Positions 26,328 to 37,655 of a stretch of 64,000 nucleotides of DNA are shown in pieces (position 1 is the first letter of the stretch; the number at the start of each line of letters is the position of its first letter). The DNA is from Paragordius varius. Taxonomy: Eukaryota; Animalia; Nematomorpha. The notes under the pieces were generated by a model that was not told the DNA's origin, searched no databases, and worked only from the letters and a program-made list of their open reading frames with translations. A program made the position numbers and the translations under genes. The DNA is taken from the NCBI GenBank assembly GCA_964247055.1, contig OZ176050.1, positions 3,224,001 to 3,288,000 on the forward strand, written 5' to 3'.

Positions 26328-26690
26328 ATGATTTGTCCAAATATTCTTGTTATGATACTCTTTTATATTCATGTGCGTACATACGATAGCAACCAAACGT
26401 TTTGGGAAAATGGTATATTTTATATAAATATAGATTTGTGCATATTTAAAATTAATGAAACAACAACATTCAAAATTTTACCAAATAATTCAATAAAAAT
26501 AAACATCCCTGGAAAATGCCAAGAATGCGAGTGCGCAAAAGACGGTGATCTTTTAAATCAAAGTTGCAAAAGGTTTACCAAATAATATATTATTAGTTGT
26601 GATTCATTGGTAAAAAAAGATTTTTGTGCGCAGATAAACTCGACAGATTTAAATTTCCCGAATTGTTGCTTTAAAACTTTATGCGAATAA
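26328..26690 (+). CDS. Small secreted single-VWC-domain (SVWC-like) protein, ~112 aa
   Basis: Exons 26328-26572 and 26597-26690 (24-nt intron). Hydrophobic N-terminus MICPNILVMILFYIHV; pattern C...CQECEC...SCKSC...FC...FPNCC...C*. Alternative upstream ATG at 26304. Confidence 0.7.
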
Positions 26691-27059
26691 AATATTTTAA
26701 CGTCATATGTGCACAAATTAATGTTTGACCGAAATGTTTAAAAGGTAAATCAAAAATTAATTTTAGCACATTTTTAAATATTAATAAATTAATTAAACCA
26801 TTCATTCCTTACCAAGAAACAGTTTTTGCTGGTTTATATCTTTTATCCGTCAGACATTATATCCGCTATGAAAATGCATGGAAAAAAGTCAAATATGCCA
26901 AAACAATAAAAAAATATGGATTTAAAGAACGCATCAAAACGTTAAATGGCAGACAAATGATTCGTAATAAAATTTTGAAAGGTAGAATGATACTTGGACA
27001 TTGAAACAAATATCAAAATAATTTATTGCATAGGTTTTTATATTGCATTAATTACATTG

Positions 27060-30000
27060 TCATATACATTTTTCATACAAAATCAAATATGCATTTGCAT
27101 GAACCGGTATATTATTAAATAACACATTACTTTTAACTTGTGAATCACTTATGTGATAATAAAATTTATCATTTGTATTATATTTTACGTAACAATAGTA
27201 ATGACCACTGCGTAGAGATCCAATATGACAGACTACAGCTTTTAATCTGTAATCCAAATTTGATTGTTCTCCAAATTTATCATTTTCATTGTGACAATAA
27301 TGTTGAACAGATAACTTTTCGGGGAAGTCGACATCAACATTATTTTTGACAAAACTTCGGCCATTTTTCTATTTTTTTTCCAAAATTTAAAAAAAGAATT
27401 TTATACTTTTAAAGGATGGAAAAAATTGTATAAAAAGTATTTTAATATCAACCATTAGTCGGCAAAAAACGGGGAACTTTTAGCGAAATTTTTTTAAAGT
27501 AATCTTCGAAAAAATTAGCCAATATGGGATAGCTTAACAAATTTTACTGTATTTAACGCCCAATGAAATATGTAAAAATACCTGCATAAATCGTTTTAAA
27601 TGTAGAATTAGAATGTTTGGTGCCGTCTTTATGAATGTTTGTTTCATGTATACAACATTTTTTCCTTTGCAATGTTCGCATACCGGGATCGAAACATTTT
27701 CAGGTTTGGTGAAATTGTACAATAAATTTTCTAAAACCGTTTTTTCAGTGTGTAAATTTGTTTGAGAATCACCGGATTTGGAGTTTTGGAATGATTTTTT
27801 AGCCATATTATTATTATAATGGGGAGATGCATTTAAATTATTTGGAGAGGGGTTTGTATTACCATTGTTTCCCTTTACTTTAGAATCGTTTTCTTCTAAT
27901 GAAATCTGCGACACTTTTTCGGTTATCACCTCTGACACTTCGGTTTCCGGCGAAGCTTTTATTGATATATCAGGCTGCTCAGATTCCGAAAGTGCTATAA
28001 AATAAAATTGTTTTATACAAAAAGATATTTTTCGTAGATTTTTGTTCAAGTTTATTCCTTTTTCTCAATTTCAAGCTCTTTTGCTATTTAGGGATTAATT
28101 TATATATAATTAATTGCCTTATTTTTTAAAATTAACACAAATATCGGAAAAGGGTGATATCTATATATTCATAAAAATAAAAAGTGGTGGCTTTGTGATT
28201 TGTTTCCGGACCGGTAGCATATTCAAATCCAAATGCCGAAAAAATATAATCCTTAATGAATGTCCCGACAATAGCTTCACCCTTTTTTTGAGTTAAGTTC
28301 GGGCCCACCCCGTGCGAAAAACGGTTTTTTTTGGAAACAGAAGTCCACAAAAATCGTGTCTTTAAGACAATTTTCCGAAACACGTGTTGGACCATTCGAT
28401 TTATATGATTTTTTAATTATTTTCGATTGCACCGAACATAGTCGGCTAGTCTTTTTTACTTTAGCTCTTTTTACAGCTCTACCCGTAAATGCCATTTTTT
28501 CAAATAGAACGAAGTCCACAAAAGTAATTTTTTTATTCTTTTTTCGCCCAAAGTATGAGACCGTAAAAATTCAATGAAGATTCCAGGTATTCCCTGTTAA
28601 AAGGCAAAAACCTAAGTCGTGATTTTTTTTACATTGGCTGCTGGGTAAGGAGATACCCGTTAAAAACTGCCGCGTCTTATTGAAATAGCGTGTTGGGGCA
28701 AAATTCCAGAAAACCTATCAGGCCATATGAGCCAGGTGCTTAAAATATACCTGTAACAAGGCAAAAATCTAAATCATGCGGTTTTTTATAATTAGCTTTG
28801 AAAAGGTCATTCACGCCCTGAAAAATGCGCCATAGAATGATTTTTCAGTTTTAAGGCAATTTTTCCAAAAACTATGAGAGCATATGGAATCAAATGATTC
28901 CAGGTATCCTCCGTAAAAAGGCAAAAATTTTAATCAATTTTTGGTTAGTGGGCTAACCGCATAAAACTGCGTCACCATATCGATACAGCATGCCTTAGAA
29001 GCCAAATTTCAAAAAACACCTATAAGACTATGTGAATTCAATAAGGGCCTAAAATAACTCCTTAAAAAACAAATATTTTAGTAAAGCGGGTTTTTTAATA
29101 AGTCGCTAAGTAAAGTTTTACGCCCTAAATGCGCCGCCATAGAACAATTTTTTAGTTTTGAAGAAATATTTCCAATAACTTAAAGAAACAATAAAATGAT
29201 GCAAAAAATGGTTAAAAATAGGGTATAATATAATGTTTTAAAAGTTTTACAAAATATTTATTAATTATTATGTAAACAGATATTATAAAAGATCAAAACA
29301 GACAAAACGATCGAAAATATCAAAAAAAATTGAAACCGTATCTTTTTTTTATTACTTTTGATTAAATTACTTTATTTTAGAAACAAGATATATTTCTCGC
29401 TTAAATTTAAAGTTTTTGTTTTAGACAAATTTACATTTATAATCTTATATTATAATACACTCCACTTTAAAATTACTAATTTAATATATATGTTGTTATA
29501 TTAAATTAAAACTAAACATTAACAATTATTATTCCAAAAAAAACTCAGAAAAGATAGTTGAAAAAATAGTATATTGATTTAGATAAAAATAAATAATGTA
29601 TATTATGAGTATAATTAACCTTCTTCAGTTGCTGATGGTTTATCAATACTATATTCTTCTTGCTACAAAAAATATATAAATTATATGGTAAAGTTATACT
29701 TGTAAATATTAAAACAAATGTAAATAAGTCCCATTCATATATTAAAATTTTAATCAGATTTAAAAAAGTATTTTTATTTACCAAATGTTAAAAAACTTAC
29801 ATGCTTACGCCGAGCTGCTCGTCTTGCTTGATTTTGCACCTTTTTATTAATTTTTTTATTCCTTTTAATTTGGTGTTTGCTGAGTTTGGTTTCTGCATTA
29901 ACATCCCTTGGTGTGTCGCCTAGAACTTTAACTTTCATTTTCTTGTCATCATTTTTCGGGTTTTGGACTAAAATATTATCATTATTATTTGTTACAGTGT

Positions 30001-33000
30001 TTTCGAATGTCAATGCTAAATTTTTAAATAACAACAAAAATACTTTGTTCATTAACTGATTCATTATGCTTTTTCTTTCCTTTATGCCTGGAACTTTTTG
30101 ATTGTGTGTTTTTCTAACCATTAAAAACGTTGTTCAAGAAAAATATATAAAAATAATACAATGAAATTATTTAAAACACATACAAAGTTAATTCATATTA
30201 AAGCTATAATTATTGATACTAATAATCAATTTTTTTAATCTTTAAAAATAAAAAGGACTTATTTGATCAGATATATCGCGATAAATAGTACTTTTAGATT
30301 TTTTTATCAGTATTTTATAAACTAAAAAAGCAAATACATCTGAGGTATGGAGGAGTTCATTGGTAGGAAGACATAAGGATATATCAAGAAAAGGTTCAAT
30401 CAAGGTATGCATTTTTTCACAATTCGTACATGTGAGTTTTGATATAAATTGGCCCCCAAAAACATAATCAATCAAATTTTTTATCTGATTTTTGTTTACC
30501 GTTGTGTCGCCATCTGCTATTGAATATAATATTAAAAAATATATAAAAATGAATATTGACAATTAATACATTCCTTCCTGAATATAACGCAAAATAAATT
30601 TCCGATGATAGTATCGAATTGGCCCTAACTTTCAAATTACCATTATTACAATAATAAAAATATATATATAAACATAATATCTAAGTTTTATTAACCTTTG
30701 ATACGTTTTAAATATCGGGACATTATACTAAATATTTTTGAAAATATACAACTAATTTATGATTATAGAGATATAAAACAGTATAGGTTACATGTATACA
30801 AAAAAGTATGCAGGATGTTATCCTCAAATAAATAAAACCTTTTTTTATAAAAAATGGCATATGCGACAAAAAGAGAGGGTCAACAATAAAACGTTCATGC
30901 ATTACATATATATATATCTTTAAATGGCTAATACAAAACTTTTATAATCTTTGTATAATTTTATCGCTAGATTCGCTTTAACAGCTGTAACCACCATCTT
31001 TCTTTAATCGTTTATTTAATCCAGACTCTCTGGTTGCCGGTTAGTAAGGGCATACACGGCGTAAAAAACGGTTGCTCCATAATTTACTTAAGTATTTTAT
31101 CGCTAATTCACTTTTCTTTCTCGCTTTTTGCTTGTTCTTATCATATCAATACATTATAACGAAACATAAGATGTGTTCGTATCCCACACTCCATACTAAT
31201 CATATCATTCGTCTGGCCTGGGATATAACATCTTTAACCAGAAGGAGTCAGGAAATAGCAGCTTTGCTCTTCTCCAAGAACATCGAAATATGTTGCGTCC
31301 AAGAAACTCGCTGGAAGAACACTTGTTCCAAAAACATTCAGATTATAAATTATTCTGGTCTGGATCTAATGGCCGTTCATCAGGTGTCGGAGTTTATGTC
31401 AAAAATTCCATTGTACCCAATATCATATCCATCGATTACTGTTCTGAAAGATTATCAGTATTAAAAATTCAAATCAACAAAAAAAATCTATCATATTTTA
31501 TCCGTATACGCCCCACAAATCAATTGTGATTCAAACTGTAAGGATTTATTCTGGTTGGCTTTATATGAAAAAGTCACTGCTATTCCACACACTGATTTCA
31601 TATTTATTGGGGATGACCTAAACTCTCACTTCGGTAAAGAATCCTTACATTCAGTACATGGAGGTTTTGGAATGGATGATTTAAATGAAAATGGTAAAAT
31701 ATTAATAGATTTCGCAAGTAATAATAATTTATCCATCATTAATACCTTTTTTAAAAAAATGATAATAACTTGATAACCTATATATCCGGCACAAATCGCT
31801 CGATGATTGACATAATTATGTCAAGAAAAGAAAACAAATCCCATTTTAAAAATATTAGATCTATCCCCGCTCTAGAACTACAGCACAAACTCATTATTGC
31901 TGAATTATATAAATCTACATCAACGCAATCACCCATTGGACAAAATAAACCTAAATTTAGATATAAAAAATTAGTCGATAATAATATCAATAATAGATTG
32001 AAACTCGACACGGAAAGTTCCCTTAAATTAAAAACAACCTCTCCGGAACACCTCTGGAATTCCTTAAAATATAGCTGCATTGATTCACTAGAGAAGAATG
32101 TTGGCAGAATGAAATCTAATAATAAAAAAGCATTTAAATGTAGATATAATTAAGAAAAAGAAATCTGCATTCCAAAAATGGAAAAAAGAAAAAAGTGCTG
32201 ACAGCAAAATAAATTATATCCAAACAAAGAAAGATTGCCGTAAAGCGATCAGAGCATCGATGAGAAAAATGGGTGAAGAAAAAGGGAAAGAACTAGAAAA
32301 AGCCATATCTTCCCAATCTGCATATAGATGGGTAAAATATGATAATAATATATGGGCCGAAACAAATGCAATTAGATTACCCGATAATACTATAACCCAC
32401 GACGCCCAAGTTATAAAAGCCACATGGTATAACCACTATTTTAATATTTTTAATAAACCTATAATACCCAATAAAATCACGAACCCGCACCCAACATATT
32501 CTTCATTCCAACCATTTACTAATGATGAAAAAGAATTTTGTTTAAAGAATTTAAAAAGTAATAAATGCCCAGGTTTATCAGAAATCACAAATGATGTATT
32601 CAAAGCCCTAGATCATAATTTGTTTTTGGACTATTTCAAAAATCTTGCGAACAACATAGCATTAAATAATATCATACCCTCTGATTGGCTGAAAAGCTAT
32701 ACAATCCCAATTTATAAGGGCAAAGGAGATCGTTTTAACGTTTCTAACTTCCGTCCCATACGCATCTTAGAACATGGTTTTAAAATCTTTGAAAATCTGA
32801 TAGCCAACAGAATCCGTCGACACTGCACCATAGATTCTATGCAATTTGGATTTTCAAAAAACAAGGGTACTATAGATGCAATATTTATAATCCGTCAATT
32901 ACAAAATGCTCACCTGAGAAATCTTCCTCTCCACTATGCGTTTGTAGACATGGAACAGGCTTTCGACTCAGTCCCACAACACCTGATTGCTTGGTCGCTC

Positions 33001-35039
33001 AGAAGGCAAGGTATAGAGGAAAATATGATACAAATAATAGAAGCACTATATAAGAACACCTCAACTGTAATCCGTACAAGCGTTGGCGATACGAACCCCA
33101 TCCCACTTAAAAACGGCCTACACCAAGGTTCTATATTGAGCCCCCTTTTATTTATCCTAATTATGGAGGAGATCACAAAAAACATACGAAAAGGCTTACC
33201 TTTTGAACTTCTGTACGCTGATGACTTAATATTATGCGCCACATCTGCACCGGAATTAATGGAAAAGTTAAATTTATGGAAGGATACCCTTAGTAAATTC
33301 GGTTTGAAGGTAAATACATAAAAGACTAAACTAATGTGCGATGAAAACAGGACAATAAAATGGCCCTGCTCCGTGTGCTCATTAAATGTAAAGTCAAACT
33401 CAATAAAGTGTAATGTTTAAAGTGGGTACATAAAAAATGCTCCACTTTAAAAAGTTTATATGATAATAAAAACTTTATCTGCCCCCCGTGCACTACAACC
33501 AATACATTAACCATAGAATCCCCCGAATCATCCACTTCATTCGAAATTGTCGACAAATTTACATACCTAGGCGATACTTTGGATGCTGGTGGTGATATAG
33601 AATCGGCCTTATCGCATAGAATCAAAGCCGCCTGGAAAAAATATCATAGTCTGCGCACAATAGTAAATAATAAATACGTTTTACTCAGCTCAAAGGCAAA
33701 AATTTTTATGACGGCTATACGTCCTGCTATACTATATGGTACGGAAACATGGCCTATGACTAAATCAAATCTACTATTACTGCAAAAGGGTGAACAAAAG
33801 ATCCTAAACGCCATTCTTTTCGCACATAACCCTAACATATACAATTTCCAAGCCAAATTTTGCCCCTATCAAACTCTAAAAATTAAACCAATTAATACAG
33901 CTATCCGGGAATACCGTTTGCGTTGGGCTGGTCACATCTACAGAGCGCAAGACTCAAACTGGATAAAGCTCATACAGTCTTATTCAACCAATAATAAAAA
34001 CAAAAAAGGAAGGCCGTATAAAACCTGGCAATCCACCATTCAAGAAGACCTAGATTCCCTCAGTATCGATATCGATCAAGCTCAAGATAGAAAAAAATGG
34101 AAAACTCTAACACGCTTACCTCCTTTGAAAGGAGAAAATAGCGTATAAAGCCATAAAGCTATGTATAATTTTATCGCTATTTATTGGGATAATTTCTGGT
34201 ATATATGCATGTTCATAATAGAACTCATTATAGATTACATAACAACCCATGTATATATAAATATATATATATATATACATATAAAGCAAAAAATACCCTT
34301 TTTCACTAATGCTCTAAAAAAGTTTTGTTGTTCGCATTTCAAAGCATCCAAAAATAAAAGCAAAAATTCATGAGCATCTTGTTGAGCACCGAAATCCAAA
34401 AATGGATAACTGTTAAAAATTTATGAAAAATTTACATTTTCGCACAAGTTTGTAAAACAAAATTTGGGTTGATTGAGCAAGATTTAGAGGTAGATATTTG
34501 GGTGTATAAATCAGTAAATGAATTTACTAAAGGTAAATCTGAAGATATAAAGGATAATATATACTTATATTAATATTGGCTATTTCATCGTTTAATCTTA
34601 AATAATTCATCATGTCAATATAGCCGTTTTTCAATTTATTGGTATATTTGGTCAAATTATTTAGAAATAAATTTGTTTCGACAAATAAATCTATTGACAA
34701 TAGAGATTGAAGAATTGAGTTAAAAAAACATGTATTTCCAAGATTAACAAGACCTTTGGGTTTTTTGTCATTTTTTTCTAAATTCATAATTCTTTTACAC
34801 TTCAAACAATTAATTACGTTATCAGCAACCAAAATTAAAAAATGGTCTTCAAAATGTTCAATATTTTCGGTATGAAAGTGGCAAACCTATATATTAAGAT
34901 TTAAAATGACTTTAAAATCGCAATCCACACAATATACGATTGCTGATTCATTGCACTTTGAACAAAACCCTTTAAGATCTTTAGGTATGGCAACATTAAT
35001 GCAAAGGCACTTTATATTCTTTCCTTGCTTTTTGGTCAT
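27060..35039 (-). CDS. Ubiquitin-specific protease of the USP16/USP45 type, 10 exons, 631 aa
   Basis: Exons 35039-34911, 34886-34565, 34538-34436, 34409-34297, 30516-30338, 30113-30044, 30015-29801, 29662-29620, 27994-27582, 27368-27060 (1896 nt, all phases match). ZnF-UBP-like N-terminus, GLVNLGNTCFFNS, QQDAHEF, FLDISL, basic SKHQIKRNKK insert, LHLKRF, GHYYCYV, HISDS. Confidence 0.88.
28160..29200 (+). mobile_element. 3'-truncated Helitron of the same family, in a USP intron
   Basis: A|TCTATATATTCATAAAAAT at 28160, 5' module, then ~160-bp monomers; no CTAG end seen. Confidence 0.7.
30970..34161 (+). mobile_element. Full-length, frameshifted RTE-like non-LTR retrotransposon (APE-RT-zinc finger), antisense in USP intron 4
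   Basis: 18-bp TSD TGTATAATTTTATCGCTA at 30952-30969 and 34162-34179; APE CCVQETRW and GDDLN; RT FRPI, QFGF, QGSILSP, YADD; premature stops and frameshifts. Confidence 0.92.
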
Positions 35040-35234
35040 ATGTCTGCCATATGAAAATAACTCTAAATTATAAAACTCTGTCTATATCCTAATGCCGTGA
35101 CATATTATAAAAATTTCTGTACCAAGCATGTTAACTCTCCTTCGATAATTAAAATTAGGAAAGCCATTTTAAACGTTTGTACTCAAATAAATAGAATTAT
35201 TTATACTTTTTTATCGATAACTGAAGGTATTAGA

Positions 35235-35494
35235 GCAGACGCGTACAACAAGTGGCCCACCAAATTATTTTTCCGGCCCGCGAAAAATTTCGATTATAAA
35301 ATTTTAATTGATTTATTTAATTTTAACTGTTAATTAGCCTTTGCTTTTGGCAATAAACTAGCAAAAACTGTTAATATAAATAGTAGTTTTTATCATGTTT
35401 TAAAGTAATGAAATATTTGTTAATTCCCATATATTTTGCGGGGTCCCGCACTATTTTTGATCTAAAAGACGACCAACAAAAAATGTCCACCCCT
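35235..35494. mobile_element. Decayed hAT (Charlie-type) MITE remnant
   Basis: Ends GTCCACCCCTG and contains CCGGCCCGCG motifs like the MITEs at 50017 and 52314; left end unclear. Confidence 0.4.
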
Positions 35495-36519
35495 GGTTTA
35501 GACTATGAGAGTGCATTTGCTAAATTTATTTTTATGTGGATATTTATATTAAATCTAATTATAATAGATATAATCCTTTATTTTACGATAGATAAAAGCA
35601 GCATTGCTCAGTTGTATAAAAAAATTTTGAAGATATTTGATATAATACTTGAAAAAAATTATTGTATTTGAACTCCTTTTAATTTATTTTTAAATATTAT
35701 AGAATTTATTTACGGGTATCTAATTGGCCAAATCTGTAACATGTTAACTTTCTTTTTCTTTCAATTTAGAAAATGACTAAAATAACTAGTATATATACAT
35801 TTTTGTATATTTCATCAAAATATTTTTTGTGGACACTGTGTAATATTAAGTTTTCCAGGGTTGTTGTTGCTCCCTAGATTAAAGGAAATAAAAATGATCA
35901 AAAAGGTCATTATTGGTTAGTAGTATATTTAAAGACGGTGAGCAAGTGTTATTTTTTCTCTTACATAAATCATACTATGATGACAATTTAATGAAAACTG
36001 ATATTTATTGCTCTGATATATAGTTATTTTGAAAAATAATAAGACGTTTAGTGGTAATAGCACTGTGCCCAAAATTTAGGGATAAAAATATTCTGATGAA
36101 ATATATATATTTCGATAAAATGTTTCGCGATTCTGAGATGCTATTAATTATTATAGGCCTTACAGGCTCTCTAAGAAGGTTACAACTTTTGTGGTAATTT
36201 TCCATATCGACAGAAAAATCTGCGCATATTGGGATAATTTGTCGATTCTTCATTCCAAAAAGTACAAAATAGTCATAAACTAGAATAAATAATTATATTG
36301 CTTTTAACAATACATTACATTTTGGGGTTGGTTCGAACCCCAGAGTTTTCAATTCGAATCGTTTGTTTATAAGATATTTGGAGATACTATAATCTTTTAG
36401 TACCTTGTTCATATTCTTAATTTCTCGGTTTACTCATTAATTAACCTACAAAACTATAGACTGAAATTGTCTTATCCTGGAAATAACTAAAACTCTTTGC
36501 GAATCCCTATAAACTCATG

Positions 36520-37040
36520 GTTAAAAATGAGCTTCAAACCATGTTTTTCGAGGCTCTAATCTCAAGAAAGCACTTGACAATAATTTGTCTTTATATGGAT
36601 ATTGTAATTCTATAATATATTATGGTTTCATAGGATTTCTAAAAATTAGCTTTAAAGCCATGTTATTTTAAATGGTGACTCATTTATAGAAAATGCCTGG
36701 TCAGTGAAAAATGGGTTTAACTACCCTTTATAAAAACCATCATTGTATAAATTTTTATGGCTAAAGCCACATTATTATTTTATAGTGGCGCATTTTATGA
36801 CAGAGTCCTACCCAAGGGTCAAAAAATAGGTTGGGTTAAAATTTAAGACAAGAAAAATTCAGACCATTCCTATGGTCTCATAGGCTTTCCGAAAAATTGC
36901 TACAGTTAGAACCCGCCCTTTCTTGTAATTTCTAAAAAATGCTTATGGATAGTCTATCTTTATATGGTGGCGCATTTTACTGAAAATGGGAAAAAATCTA
37001 TAAAAATATTTGACTATGATCGGCGTATTAGTTACTATTA
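36520..37040. repeat. Decayed copy of the Helitron-internal ~160-bp monomers
   Basis: Motifs AAAATTAGCT, TATAGTGGCGCATTTT, CCTACCC, GACTATGATCGGCG shared with 3780-5620. Confidence 0.55.
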
Positions 37041-37655
37041 CTTTATTATAGAGATGGAGGGCCTAATTGAGGAAATGATAATTTTCTAGTAATTTGAATG
37101 TGCCTACACGTTTTATGAAAAATTATTCCAGTTAACATTTTATAGTTTCATAATCTAACTTCCTGGCATCTTAATATGTAGCTAAAATTAAATAAAATAT
37201 AAACACTAGGAATTTCCTTTAAAATTGTAGGAAATTGTGTATATTACTTTGTAAAAAAAACCACCACCTAAATTTCAATTTTTAAATTTTGTTGGGTTAT
37301 AAAATTAAAACTCCTCAAAGTTTGCTTCTAAAATCATATAGTTTTGCGCTAAATATATTAATATGATGTAAATGATTGGGTTTATTTCACGTTAAAACAT
37401 AACATTGATTGTTAAACGTTATTTAACATTTTATCATAACAATCATTATATTTTTACAAAATCTTAAATATAATTAAACACTCACAAAAATATTTATATA
37501 AAAAACATTAATGCTTTCGAATATCTACTCTAATTGAGTATCATATACCCTTTTATAAAAACCTCCAAAGAATCATATATACTTGGTCTCGACCGGAATC
37601 CCACTCTAATTTAGAAAACCCTATCTAATCTCAAAGTTTAAAATCTCCTATCAAT

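Noticed and set aside
26413-26433. Possible 21-nt intron in the SVWC-like gene
   Set aside because: It is GT-AG and AT-rich but in-frame and stop-free, and no homology requires its removal. Undecidable without RNA data, so left out of the model.
35408-35671. 87-aa ORF divergent from USP
   Set aside because: It overlaps a hAT MITE end and shows AT-driven composition with no motif.
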